From positions 1 through 59,257 of IMG/VR virus record IMGVR_UViG_3300046169_000050: DNA of 59,257 bases; one strand, given 5' to 3'. The DNA is from a virus. Its lineage: Duplodnaviria; Caudoviricetes. This document shows, piece by piece, positions 45,963 through 56,435 of the stretch. The position numbers were made by a program, and so were the translations under genes. Position 1 is the first letter of the stretch. Each line of letters begins with the position of its first letter. The notes beneath the pieces were generated by a model. It searched no databases. It was not told where the DNA came from and saw only the letters and a program-made list of their open reading frames with translations.

Positions 45963-46522
45963 GGCTTAACCGCTACCTTGATATTTCCTGAGCCGTCCCA
46001 CTCGGTAGTAATGTTGCTTATCTCTGTTGTGTCGAGACCGTTAGATAAACTCCAAGCCCAACGCCTTCCATAGCCGCCGCGAGTTGATGTCGTTGACGAC
46101 TCAGCAGTAGTCATTACTGTTGTAGCCCCGTTTGCTACAAACGAAATTCTCGAGTACTCGTTTGCAGGAATGGCTGATGAATAGACAACCTCAAATTGAA
46201 AAAACATCCCAGAGGAGGCGTTTACTCTCGCGCACTCTTCAATATGATTAAGATTGACGCCTCTCACATTGGATGGAGACGCAGAGCCTGTACTGAAGTC
46301 GTCATAAAAACCGCGCGAAGTCGAGTATTGCTGACTAAGCGTCCCCTGAGTCACGGTAATAACCGTGACCCCATAACAACTACCAATGGCAGATGCCCCT
46401 GACGCTGACCCCGCTACAGCACGAATGTCTGAATCACCTAGGGACACAGTGGTGCCCGAGGTTCCTCCCATCTCAACATGGATGTCATTCAGCGATATAG
46501 CGCCAGAGGTCTGAAGGGCCAT
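45959..46522 (-). CDS. Distal tail-fibre/adhesin-like protein
   Basis: MALQTSGAISLNDIH.E.G N-terminus typical of small distal fibre adhesins. Confidence 0.65.
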   Translation of the reverse strand: MALQTSGAISLNDIHVEMGGTSGTTVSLGDSDIRAVAGSASGASAIGSCYGVTVITVTQGTLSQQYSTSRGFYDDFSTGSASPSNVRGVNLNHIEECARVNASSGMFFQFEVVYSSAIPANEYSRISFVANGATTVMTTAESSTTSTRGGYGRRWAWSLSNGLDTTEISNITTEWDGSGNIKVAVKP

Positions 46523-46782
46523 TAGTCAGTCCAGACCGCCGCGCAGATGTCCTGAACCATCTGGTCTTCGCCAGTAACGTCAGTAGCCGTAGTTGTTGGA
46601 TTTCCGTCGTCATCTAATGTCGTCGTGTTTCTCATTAAGCTCACAACCGTTGTAGTGGTAGTAGGCAGTCGATCATCATCTGGATCATCGAACGTGTTGA
46701 TATAAAAAACATTAACAACCGGATCATCAGTCGAGGGTGATACTTCGATTCTCTCTACTGTACGTGTGTTAGTGATCGCCAT
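46522..46782 (-). CDS. Tail-fibre-associated small protein
   Basis: ATG 46782; D.TGED..VQ.IC.AVWT C-terminus. Confidence 0.6.
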   Translation of the reverse strand: MAITNTRTVERIEVSPSTDDPVVNVFYINTFDDPDDDRLPTTTTTVVSLMRNTTTLDDDGNPTTTATDVTGEDQMVQDICAAVWTD

Positions 46783-49700
46783 TTTCAAGCTCCTCTATTC
46801 GCTTGGTTAAAGTATCGATTTGGGATTGCTGCTGCTTTACAACGTCCCAAAGAAGGGCTGACATCCTGCTGTAATCAAGAGTCAGTTGTGTATCCTGCAC
46901 CTCTCCGGTGGCTGGATCTTTGCGTTCATTTTCCTTAACAAAGACATCTAGACCTGCGGCTTGTACATCCTGCGCGATGAAGCCAATATCGTCTTCGCCA
47001 GTCTCTTTCCAGCGGTAACGCTTGGCATCAAGCTTCGAGAAGATCTCCATAGAGTTGCCAATAGGCTCTATGTCTTTCTTTAGCTTTCGATCGGAGTAGG
47101 CTGTGACGTTGCCGCCGAAGACGGCGTCGTTATTTTCAAGATTGATTTCGAGTGGCCAGCGACTTGCATATTGGGTCCAGCTTGTTGAGTTAGTGCCGGA
47201 ACCGCGCAACACGTAGAAGATGTTGCTATTGCAGTGAACCATTGACGAGCGGTTGTCTGTGTCCTGCAAGTAAACCGTTGGCGAACCGTTGTTGATAAAT
47301 AGATTGCCGTCTAGTACTGCGCCTGACGTATTAATTCTTAATTTATGAGAGTTACTTTGGGCTCTACGCAGGATTAAGTCTTCGTCATACGAGTCAACAA
47401 CTCCCTCATCGACAACAATTCGCTTGTTAAAGTAAAACTGGGCGCGATCCGTCTGGAAATGCATGAAACTAGAGTTCTGCGGACCGAACTCTAAGTACCC
47501 ATAGTTGGTTGTTAGCGTGGCATAGTTGAGTCGATGATCTCCGGTTTGCTTGATGTGGAAGACCTTAGCAGGACCGTCGTACTCCTGAACAATGCCGCCG
47601 TAGCCATACTGGTGAAACTGAAGCTGAGGCTTACGAGAACTAGCACCATAGTTACCTGATTGAATTTGAATTGCTGTTGACGAAACAATACCGGGAGTTT
47701 GCCAGCCACCGTCGCCTGTCCAATGCGATGTGCCGCCCTGTGTGCTATAATATGCCGAATAGTCGTTAGCATAGTAATCATACTCGTCAGTATGGCCGCC
47801 CTTAGCAAAAATCTGTCCATCGACGACAAGTTTCGATGAATCTCTTGCATCTCCAGAGTGCCACTTACCAAGACGCCATCCTGCAGTACCTGCCCCGTTG
47901 CTGTCTACAGCAAAGGTGATTCCTCTATCGTAACTAGAGGTAGAGAGCATTGTAGTAATTAGTAGGTCGTGCGCCTGTGTAGCGTCAGCGGCAAGCCCAC
48001 TAGCCTGAGATTTTGAGTTCGCAGAGCCAGTAAACCACGTACCGTTACCTGCTCCAACCCAGAAATGGTCGTGCCCCTGAAAATGCACATTGGTCTGATA
48101 ACCAAAGCCCACGGTATCCCAACCAGAGCTTACCCCGAAATCATGGCGCTTGGCGTCGGCATCAACTGAACCTCCGATATAAAGACTGTTAACAACGCGG
48201 ACGTTACTATCCCCTTTACCCACCGACATAATTTCAGAGCCAGTGAAAGGAGAATTATTGAAGAAGCGAGTACCCCCATAGGTAGGTTCAGCACCTATTT
48301 CTACTCCGGTATGCCAGCCCAAAACTAGTCGGCTATGAGTCGAACTACCGTTATTATAATGCCGCGGATAAATCATGTAATACGGATTGTTGTCCGTACG
48401 CTGACCCCACGTAATCCCTCGTACTGTAGCGGTGCCTACTCCTACAGCAGAAGGGTCGCTTGTATTATCAGCAAAGTTTACAAATCCTGAAGTACCACTA
48501 TTCGTGCCCCAACGGAACATGAACGTGCCATCAGTGTTCTTGTAGCTGTTTGTTTGAAGCGAAATTGCCGAAAAATCATCTTCATAAGTCAACGTGCCAG
48601 CGCTGTTCATAGACAGCATACGACCAATAGAGCCGCTAATGTGAAAGCCCATAGCCGCGATTGATGAGGCACCACCATACGACTCAACCATCAACGATCC
48701 GGTGTAGTAGTTGGTCGCGTTGTTTTTGCGGAATAACTGCGTAGCCTGATCAAAAGTAATGACGCCTGTCGACGTGTCATTCGCGTCTGAGCGCAAGAAC
48801 TGCGAAGCGTGAAGGTTGTCTACCATGTCAGCATCGAGGCCAGATGCAGAACCATGATTGCCAGCGTTCCAAACCGTGTAGCCCCTGTGCTTAGGCTCCA
48901 TATGAGTCTGACCACCAAAGTCAGAGATATTTGTGACGGTTGGTGATGAATAAAATACCGTCGTAGCGCCGCCGCTGGTAGGATTAGATGTTTGATAGCT
49001 GTGCCCGTAGGTTTTGGCATGTACCGTAAAACCGGCGTAATACCTAGCTTCAGCAAACAGGTCTATGTAGTACGTGGGCTGACCTGAGTGATTCCAGCCT
49101 GCCGATACCGGCGTACCCATAACAAATCTAAAGTCGCCAGCAAGCGGACCATGCGCCTCAGTGAGGTGCAGTTGGAGCATGGTGTTCTGGTTTCCGCCAG
49201 TGTAATCACCCTGCATCCTAAACTTGAGCGTAGCTGACTCGTAGGTTTCCGCCGTTATATGAAATTCAATGTTCTGCCAGTTGCTGTCCCAATGTGCCGG
49301 ACACCCATACAAACGAGCGATATGGAATCGACGGGACTGTGCGGCACTTGCGCTGATACCGGTCCACTTCTTCCCTTTCTCGAAGTGATCGAAATCATCC
49401 TTGTGGAATCCATCAAGTAGGTCAGCATCTAAACCTGAACCTGATCCGTCGTTTCCGCCATGCCAGATTGCGTTGCCGTTGACCATTGCTGCGCCGCCAC
49501 CGTCTTGGATGTGAACCGTGCCGCTTGTAGATGCTGAGCGGATGTACCAGTCACCTGTTGATCCGTAGTGGATGTGGCTTACTCTGGTTCCTCTGCCGCT
49601 GTCAGGCGTAAATCTGGCGGTGCCGTCAGTCGTATTTAAGCCCGTTACATGAAACCGAGCGTCGGTAGTTGCTGGTACTGAACCAACCCCAAACGGACCT

Positions 49701-52700
49701 TTTATATAGGATCGACCATCACCGTTTATCTGGAACTCAGTATCCCAGCCGCTAGAGAACACGCCCCAAGATTTGGAGCTGTCGATGTGCTCGCCGATAA
49801 ACTGAGTTCCGAACACCCCGCGTGAGGTTGAACCCTTGATTAGGTAGTTATCCCAGCCCGTACCTCGTTGCCACTCAACCACCGCTGAACCTGTTTCATC
49901 GGTGTTAGCCGTACTAAAGCCACCGACCTTTATGCCGGTACTACCTGTCCTAGATAAAACATTGTTGGTTCGCAAATAACCGTAGACGTAAGCGTTACCA
50001 CTGGTATCTAAAGCAAAGGTATCATTGCCAAGTGCAGTTGAGAAAATATGGAACCCTGTTGTGTTGCCAATCCCTGCGCTTGTGCGAATACCCGCATACC
50101 AGTAGTTGGTCACACTGTTTTTAAAGCGCACCATCTGCTCTTTTTCTACGGGTGCTTCGATCATTATGTAGTTGTGATCTGTGTGCGTAAACGTAGCTTG
50201 CCGTGCGGTAAGGTCACGATTGGAGTCGATGACGGTTGTACCGCTGACGCGGTAGCCTGTGCCGTCAAAAATTCCTGTCGTGCCTATCTGAGCTACATAC
50301 GAACCGCTGTAGTTGAACCTAAACGCTTCGCCTGCTACGCCATTAGATCGGCTCATCCCTATGCGCCAGTAGTCGCTGTACCAACCGTATTCATGGCCAG
50401 CCACAATATCGTTCGTTGTGTAACTGGAAGCCATGTAGGTCTGGATCTCTCGACCTTCAGTGCCAGTTCTTGCGATGTTTCCTGTGGTTGTTATCGAGTT
50501 GTTTTGGAAGTTTGCAGAAGAACTAGATAGCTCAAGCTCAATACCGCCACTAGCCCCGGTGGTGTAGAACCTGAGAAGGTTTCCGTTAGCGGAAATTAAA
50601 GGATTGTTAGACCCATACCCCCCAGCCCACGCGATATCAGCGCCGTCATTCAGTCTCAACTGCCCACTTGAGGTAATGTTTCCGACGTTGCTTATGTTGC
50701 GATTAGAGTCAATAAAGACTTGATCATTTACCGCGTAGCCTTCATTGGTCTCTATCTTGCCCGTGGTCTGAATTGCGTAATCATTACGGTTTAGAGCCGT
50801 TACGACAAGCGTAGCGTCATACAAACTATTGTACGTTGGCTCCGTACCAGCACTGAGCGAGCTGACAACGCCGCTGTCGTTCATCGAGACATGAAGATTT
50901 CCATTAGAGGTCGTAATGGAATTCAGCTTTACCCAAATCTCATAGGTGGCACCGCTTACAAATTTGGTGCGCACCTCCATGAGCTTCGAATCGTTGTAGC
51001 GGGTGCTTGGGAACTTCATGATGTTCGCTTTCATCCCATACGACGAGCCTGAGATAAAGAAGGTGTCGGTAGCGATTGTGTTATCGCCGCCAGCAGACAC
51101 TCGCATCGTGATAGCTTTTACGCCCCCAGAAAAGGACGCTACCTTGTACCACTGAACACCTGAACCTACAGCCCGAGTAAGAGTGTTACTAGAATAGCCA
51201 AAGCCCATCCCAGTGAAGCCAGTGCCATCGGTGCCGATGTCTTGAGTGTTTAACTTCCCGATATTGGTCAGGTTACGGCTAGAGTCGATGACGGTTGTAG
51301 TGCCAACTTGAAATGCGCCGCTATCTAAAAAGGTAAACAAGGTGGCAAACGCCTGAGATTTAATTACCAAGCCGCGTGTAGCTTCCGTCGTTCCGCGATA
51401 GTAACCAAAATCCATGAATCGGAAGTTTGCGCCTTCGGTGCCGTATCTTGTCAGTGCATACTCCCCCCATGACTGACTTGGGTTACGAAGGCTTTCTATA
51501 ATGGTGGCATTAGCCACAAGAGTCTGAGCACCCGAGGAGATGGTGCCTGCTGTAATGTTGCGGCTAGAGTCGATGACGACTGTTGACCCCACGTAATACC
51601 CGCGAGTTGCTGACGCGTGGATTCCGCTACCATCTATATAAGCATCAATGTCAGTCCAACCGCCGAAGGTAACACCATAATCTCCGTCAAGGTTGATAGT
51701 GCCTGTTGCGTGACCAGCGACACTTCCGCCCTGCCAAGAACGACCAAAGAAATGAATTGTATTTCTTTGAGTAGTTGTGCCCTCGTAATATCTAATACGT
51801 CCGTAGTCGCCAGTTCCAGTTCCTGACTTTATTTGGATGCCTTGGTTGCTGCCGCTAGCCGAACCGAATATGCCTTCGGCACCCGTCACACTCGATCCTG
51901 CATCAATCGTTGAAGCCGCTATAATTGCCCCTGCCCAACCCATATTTGCGCCTTCAAAGGAAAGAGCGCGGAAAGACGTGCCGTTGGGGAATCTAAAGTA
52001 AGTATTAGAGTTGGTAGTGTTGCCGTTCGGGTAGTAGTGAACGTAGACGTTATTGTTGCTGTACCGGTTATGGTAGTAGTGACCCGTAAAGTGGTTTGAG
52101 GTTGCCGAATTTCCTAGATTTAAAGTCCCGTTTACGTTTATGTCGTTGATGTTTGTGAAATTAACGACTGTCGGGAAGTTAATGGAACCTCGTAGGTTCT
52201 GTATCTCTACGTTGCCAAAATTGTGGTTGATCTTGAACTGATCAGGGGCACCTGTCGCACTAGAGTTACCGGACTTCAGTATGACGCCGAGATCGTTGAC
52301 GTGGCTGTCAATCGTCCCAGTCATCGTACCGCCAGCTAATGGGAGCTTGGTCGCAATCGAGTTGGTTACTGTGGTCGAGAAGTTGGCGTCGTCACCCAGA
52401 GCTGCCGCAAGTTCGTTCAGCGTGTCCAAGCTACCGGGGGCTGCATCTACGATGTTGTCGATCGCAGTTGTCACATAGGCAGTAGTCGCTACCTTAGTGC
52501 TGTTGTCTGAGGCTAACTGGGTTGTTGCCGTAACTGATGAAACAAGGGAGCCTGAGTAAGAACTCGCAGTGATAGCGCCCGAAGAGATTGTGCCTACACT
52601 AAGGTTTCGGCTAGAGTCGAGGACGGTTGTACCGCTTACAGCAAGAGCGACCGTGCTCCCAACGAGACCGTCGCCGCCTGAACGAAGGTTTAATCCCCCG

Positions 52701-54118
52701 TTTGCCGATATGGTTGCCCGTCCTGTATCGCCGTTATCTCGGAAAATGTATGCACTACCTGTTCTAAAATACGTGTGACTCGCGTTGGCAAAATAAAAGC
52801 GGTTGTATCCATCGCTAGACTGATGCCAGTTGTTATGCTCAAACCGTGCGCCAGTAGAAAGAGCGCCCAGCGTCACATTGTTAATTGACCTTGCACTGTT
52901 GATGACGGTTGTGCCGTTGATTTGCACGCCCCCCGTCTTAGTATTCAGATTGCGCTTGGCTACTAAGTCGCCGCTTGTTGTCAACGCAAACACGTCATCA
53001 GCTAGTGCGGTAGAATAGATGTGGAAGTCTGCCGTCGAAGCAATCCCCGCAGAAGTACGAATACCCGCATACCAGTAGTTGGACTCACTATTCTTAAAGC
53101 GCACCATCTGCTCTGCGTTTATAGATGCTTCGATTTTTACGTAGTTGTGAGTTGTGTGCGTAAACGTAGCTTGCCGTGCGGTAATGTCGCGGTTAGAGTC
53201 GATGACGGTTGTGCCGCCCATCATTAAGGACCCTTCAAGAATGTTTACGTTACCATTTCCCGCGACATGGAATCGAGGTCCGTAAGCCGTCCCGTTGTAT
53301 CCGCCCAGCTTTACCCCTGAGTAGTCGGATAATGCAAGGTGAGCGCTTTCACGAAATATAATCGGTGCGCTCCAACCGTTTGCAATGTTGTTGGTAAATA
53401 CCAGACGTGTCGCTGTTTCAAGATCACTGCTCGCAGAAATCTTACCACTGCTAGTAATAGCGCCCGAGGAGATGGTGCCCACACCACTAAAGTTGCCGCC
53501 CTTAAAGTCAAAAGAGCCTCCTGCGGAGATGCTTAACCTTTCTGTGCCGCTGGTAGCAAATGCTAAAGGCTTTTCCTCAAACTGCCATACAAAGCCGTGG
53601 ACACCGTTCAACCCAATCCGCATGCCGTCAGCACCACCAGTACCTTGTGCATTGGTTTGGATTCTTAGACCGACATTGGAGTTACCGCGAACATATTGGT
53701 CGTAGTTGGATGCAGTGCTTCCTAAGATAGCGCTGCCGTTGACGGTTAGCCCCGGCGTCGTGAGAGAGCCAGTCATCGTATCCCCAGAGATGGAGACCGA
53801 TTCGGTGTCGGCGGCTGAGCTGATGTCGTCTAACGCAGCAGCAGTGACACGAAGTTCTACCTTCGTGCCATTAGAAAAAGAAGAGGCAGTCGTTCCATCC
53901 TGCCCACGCACGACTGTCAAAGTGTTGGTGCTTACACCAGTGACCTTGACGACTTCGATAGTGGGCGAGTTGGTGTCTGTATCAATCGTAAGATAGATGT
54001 AGTCGCCAGACGACAGCGTCGGCAACCCAGACGCATCAGCTACGCTGATTGTAGTTTGAGTTGCGTTAATCGCTGCCGAAAGCGTCGTACTTACGTTGTT
54101 AGCAAACTTGACTGCCAT
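46769..54118 (-). CDS. Long modular tail fibre with C-terminal S74 intramolecular chaperone
   Basis: 2449 aa; LDTLNELAAALGDD, GSGSGLDADLLDG, repeated GTTVIDSSRN; SDRKLKKDI..GFIAQDV..DY. Confidence 0.9.
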   Translation of the reverse strand: MAVKFANNVSTTLSAAINATQTTISVADASGLPTLSSGDYIYLTIDTDTNSPTIEVVKVTGVSTNTLTVVRGQDGTTASSFSNGTKVELRVTAAALDDISSAADTESVSISGDTMTGSLTTPGLTVNGSAILGSTASNYDQYVRGNSNVGLRIQTNAQGTGGADGMRIGLNGVHGFVWQFEEKPLAFATSGTERLSISAGGSFDFKGGNFSGVGTISSGAITSSGKISASSDLETATRLVFTNNIANGWSAPIIFRESAHLALSDYSGVKLGGYNGTAYGPRFHVAGNGNVNILEGSLMMGGTTVIDSNRDITARQATFTHTTHNYVKIEASINAEQMVRFKNSESNYWYAGIRTSAGIASTADFHIYSTALADDVFALTTSGDLVAKRNLNTKTGGVQINGTTVINSARSINNVTLGALSTGARFEHNNWHQSSDGYNRFYFANASHTYFRTGSAYIFRDNGDTGRATISANGGLNLRSGGDGLVGSTVALAVSGTTVLDSSRNLSVGTISSGAITASSYSGSLVSSVTATTQLASDNSTKVATTAYVTTAIDNIVDAAPGSLDTLNELAAALGDDANFSTTVTNSIATKLPLAGGTMTGTIDSHVNDLGVILKSGNSSATGAPDQFKINHNFGNVEIQNLRGSINFPTVVNFTNINDINVNGTLNLGNSATSNHFTGHYYHNRYSNNNVYVHYYPNGNTTNSNTYFRFPNGTSFRALSFEGANMGWAGAIIAASTIDAGSSVTGAEGIFGSASGSNQGIQIKSGTGTGDYGRIRYYEGTTTQRNTIHFFGRSWQGGSVAGHATGTINLDGDYGVTFGGWTDIDAYIDGSGIHASATRGYYVGSTVVIDSSRNITAGTISSGAQTLVANATIIESLRNPSQSWGEYALTRYGTEGANFRFMDFGYYRGTTEATRGLVIKSQAFATLFTFLDSGAFQVGTTTVIDSSRNLTNIGKLNTQDIGTDGTGFTGMGFGYSSNTLTRAVGSGVQWYKVASFSGGVKAITMRVSAGGDNTIATDTFFISGSSYGMKANIMKFPSTRYNDSKLMEVRTKFVSGATYEIWVKLNSITTSNGNLHVSMNDSGVVSSLSAGTEPTYNSLYDATLVVTALNRNDYAIQTTGKIETNEGYAVNDQVFIDSNRNISNVGNITSSGQLRLNDGADIAWAGGYGSNNPLISANGNLLRFYTTGASGGIELELSSSSANFQNNSITTTGNIARTGTEGREIQTYMASSYTTNDIVAGHEYGWYSDYWRIGMSRSNGVAGEAFRFNYSGSYVAQIGTTGIFDGTGYRVSGTTVIDSNRDLTARQATFTHTDHNYIMIEAPVEKEQMVRFKNSVTNYWYAGIRTSAGIGNTTGFHIFSTALGNDTFALDTSGNAYVYGYLRTNNVLSRTGSTGIKVGGFSTANTDETGSAVVEWQRGTGWDNYLIKGSTSRGVFGTQFIGEHIDSSKSWGVFSSGWDTEFQINGDGRSYIKGPFGVGSVPATTDARFHVTGLNTTDGTARFTPDSGRGTRVSHIHYGSTGDWYIRSASTSGTVHIQDGGGAAMVNGNAIWHGGNDGSGSGLDADLLDGFHKDDFDHFEKGKKWTGISASAAQSRRFHIARLYGCPAHWDSNWQNIEFHITAETYESATLKFRMQGDYTGGNQNTMLQLHLTEAHGPLAGDFRFVMGTPVSAGWNHSGQPTYYIDLFAEARYYAGFTVHAKTYGHSYQTSNPTSGGATTVFYSSPTVTNISDFGGQTHMEPKHRGYTVWNAGNHGSASGLDADMVDNLHASQFLRSDANDTSTGVITFDQATQLFRKNNATNYYTGSLMVESYGGASSIAAMGFHISGSIGRMLSMNSAGTLTYEDDFSAISLQTNSYKNTDGTFMFRWGTNSGTSGFVNFADNTSDPSAVGVGTATVRGITWGQRTDNNPYYMIYPRHYNNGSSTHSRLVLGWHTGVEIGAEPTYGGTRFFNNSPFTGSEIMSVGKGDSNVRVVNSLYIGGSVDADAKRHDFGVSSGWDTVGFGYQTNVHFQGHDHFWVGAGNGTWFTGSANSKSQASGLAADATQAHDLLITTMLSTSSYDRGITFAVDSNGAGTAGWRLGKWHSGDARDSSKLVVDGQIFAKGGHTDEYDYYANDYSAYYSTQGGTSHWTGDGGWQTPGIVSSTAIQIQSGNYGASSRKPQLQFHQYGYGGIVQEYDGPAKVFHIKQTGDHRLNYATLTTNYGYLEFGPQNSSFMHFQTDRAQFYFNKRIVVDEGVVDSYDEDLILRRAQSNSHKLRINTSGAVLDGNLFINNGSPTVYLQDTDNRSSMVHCNSNIFYVLRGSGTNSTSWTQYASRWPLEINLENNDAVFGGNVTAYSDRKLKKDIEPIGNSMEIFSKLDAKRYRWKETGEDDIGFIAQDVQAAGLDVFVKENERKDPATGEVQDTQLTLDYSRMSALLWDVVKQQQSQIDTLTKRIEELENGDH

Positions 54119-54146
54119 AGGTTAAAACCTCAATATATTCAATAAC

Positions 54147-54572
54147 TTAGGAGACGGTGACCTGCCAAGTTATCGTCATCGAATCCTGAGAACCTTTATT
54201 CACGACTGAGAAGGTGGTTCTGCAGAGCATGTCTCCGCTCGAAGAAGCGTTGAACAAACCGGCCTCAGTAATCGCACCGGTGCCGTCGCCAGCGCCGAAG
54301 CTTGCGACGTAGGTCACTACGTTGCTTGAGACAGTTGTTGAGGTAAGGGCCGAACGGTGTGACTCGCTACCAAGAGCTGTGTTACCAGCTGCTGGGCTTG
54401 TGCTACCGGTACCAATTGCCATGTGAGACATAGCGTTAGTGGTACTGTCCTTCATACGGCTCGCAACAAATGCTTTACCAGCACTTACCACGAGGTTAGG
54501 CACCTCGCTAACAACTTCTCCGTTGATAGCAATAGACAGGTGCCCCTTTAGCGTCAGATCATCATTTAACAT
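54147..54572 (-). CDS. Tail fibre collar/baseplate-type protein
   Basis: NLVV..G, MAIGTG, L.SE, AITEAGLFN, .R..F.V.NK, ITW motifs. Confidence 0.75.
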   Translation of the reverse strand: MLNDDLTLKGHLSIAINGEVVSEVPNLVVSAGKAFVASRMKDSTTNAMSHMAIGTGSTSPAAGNTALGSESHRSALTSTTVSSNVVTYVASFGAGDGTGAITEAGLFNASSSGDMLCRTTFSVVNKGSQDSMTITWQVTVS

Positions 54573-54581
54573 GGATCACTC

Positions 54582-56435
54582 CTAGTTGTTGATCGGTGCG
54601 AAATTAATGGCACCTGCGTTTAAAAGGGAAGAGGCTGTTGACCTCTTAGCCAAAACAAGAGACTCACTGATCGATACCGCATCAGTAGGTGCCTTGTTTA
54701 TCTGTTTAGACTCCTGCTCTGATACAGAGAAAGAGTCGGATTCGGGGGTAGATAAGGCGATAGTCGCCTGCTCTGAGATAGTTGCAGTGTCGCTCTTACC
54801 AAGACCTGTGCTCAGCGTTTCGCTATCACTGAAAGATACTGAGTCAGCGAAGGATCTAGAGGCTACAAACACACGGCTAAGTACATCAGTCACGCCAATG
54901 ACGTTGCCTTTTTGAGACTGGGTGTCCTTGGTTAGCGCACCAACTGTAGCTGCGTCATCAAGCGTAAACGCGTCCGTAAACGTGCGGCTGAACGTGACAA
55001 CGCGGGAGAATACATCCGACAGCGCAACGGCTTCTGTCTGTGGTAGTTCGACTGACAGCGACGAATCATCAGTAACAGATGCAGTTTCAGTGAACGATCG
55101 CTGTGATGTCACTACTCGGTCGAACGAATCTGTGACTGTGGTCGTGTCGTCTTTACCAAGACTCGTGGCTCGTGATTCAGAGTCAGCAAAAGACACTGTC
55201 TCGGTCACGTCTCTAAACGATGTAACAACTCGGCCAAATGTCTCGGTTACGGAAACGCCATCAGCCTTCGCGAGCTGTGGCTCCAGTACCGCCGACTCTG
55301 AGAGACTTGCTGCATCACTAAAGCTACGCTCTGAAACAACCACGCGAGAGAATACGTCGCTGACCGATACGCTGTCGTCTTCGGGTCTGCTGTAGTCAAT
55401 AGCAGGGCTGTCACTTAGAGTCGCCACATCGGCGAGCGGCTTCGCGAGCGCAAAGCTGTGGTCGTCGGTGGGCGTAAAGGCGTCTGTTTTTAGGAGACCT
55501 AAATCAAAAGTAGCGTCCTCTGACAGCGTCGGAGTGTCTGTAAACGTGCGGTTAAAGGACACAACTCTTGAGAGGACGTCGCTCACACCGAACACATTGC
55601 CCTTGGTCGAGGTAGTGTCTTTGACGAGCGCACCTACAGTGGCCAAATCGTCAATTGTGAAGGCGTCAGTGAACGTGCGCTGGAACTGCACTACCCTGCT
55701 GAAAGCTTCTGATACGGCGAAGCTGTCAGATGGCGCTTTGTCGAAAAGCAGCACAGCCGCGTCAGACAGCGACGTGCTGTTTTGAAAGTCGCGTATAAAC
55801 GATACCGTTCTGGCAAGCGACTCGGTTACGCTGGTTGTATCAGTCAGCGCTTTATCAAAGTCGTAGTCAAGATCTTCGGTCAGAATCGGCGTATCGTTCA
55901 GCACCTTGCCTACCAGCTTAGATCTGAACTCATTTAATGTGACCGCATCGGCTACATTCTTACCTGTCTCGATCACAGCAGCTTCGGCTAATGCGACGCT
56001 CTCTTCAAAGAACCGGTTAATAATAAGTAGAACAGTCGCAAGGTCCGTAACACCGAAGCTGTCTGTTTGTGGTTTGCTAACGCCTAATGCTGCCAACTCC
56101 AACATATCGACCTGATCGTCAGGCCGCTTGGTAAACAGCAGTCTGGCCTGCTCAGTAAGGCCGAGCGACTCACCATCACTACCTCGGAAGTAGCGGTTCT
56201 TAGTGTCCGGGTCTAGTACGACATCGGTTGTATTGAGGTTGAGGTAGTTGACTGACGTCATCAAACGTCGGTACGCGGTCATAGCCTGCAGGTCAGAATA
56301 GGTTACGACCGTCTGATAAGTAGGGCGACTGATTGATATGCTGGCTTTTTGAAACGCGGGCGCAACTACTTTCGGGCTGTTGAATTCAACAGACGCTCGT
56401 ACGTTGGATACGTGAACAAATAGCCTAATCGCCAT
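54582..56435 (-). CDS. Repetitive beta-strand virion protein
   Basis: About 19-aa period (F.R.F.D...(L/V)SD); S/T/D-rich. Confidence 0.7.
   Translation of the reverse strand: MAIRLFVHVSNVRASVEFNSPKVVAPAFQKASISISRPTYQTVVTYSDLQAMTAYRRLMTSVNYLNLNTTDVVLDPDTKNRYFRGSDGESLGLTEQARLLFTKRPDDQVDMLELAALGVSKPQTDSFGVTDLATVLLIINRFFEESVALAEAAVIETGKNVADAVTLNEFRSKLVGKVLNDTPILTEDLDYDFDKALTDTTSVTESLARTVSFIRDFQNSTSLSDAAVLLFDKAPSDSFAVSEAFSRVVQFQRTFTDAFTIDDLATVGALVKDTTSTKGNVFGVSDVLSRVVSFNRTFTDTPTLSEDATFDLGLLKTDAFTPTDDHSFALAKPLADVATLSDSPAIDYSRPEDDSVSVSDVFSRVVVSERSFSDAASLSESAVLEPQLAKADGVSVTETFGRVVTSFRDVTETVSFADSESRATSLGKDDTTTVTDSFDRVVTSQRSFTETASVTDDSSLSVELPQTEAVALSDVFSRVVTFSRTFTDAFTLDDAATVGALTKDTQSQKGNVIGVTDVLSRVFVASRSFADSVSFSDSETLSTGLGKSDTATISEQATIALSTPESDSFSVSEQESKQINKAPTDAVSISESLVLAKRSTASSLLNAGAINFAPINN

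Noticed and set aside
50085-53217. Diversity-generating retroelement TR/VR pair
   Set aside because: No reverse transcriptase gene seen; both copies are in-frame parts of one gene and differences are not limited to adenines.
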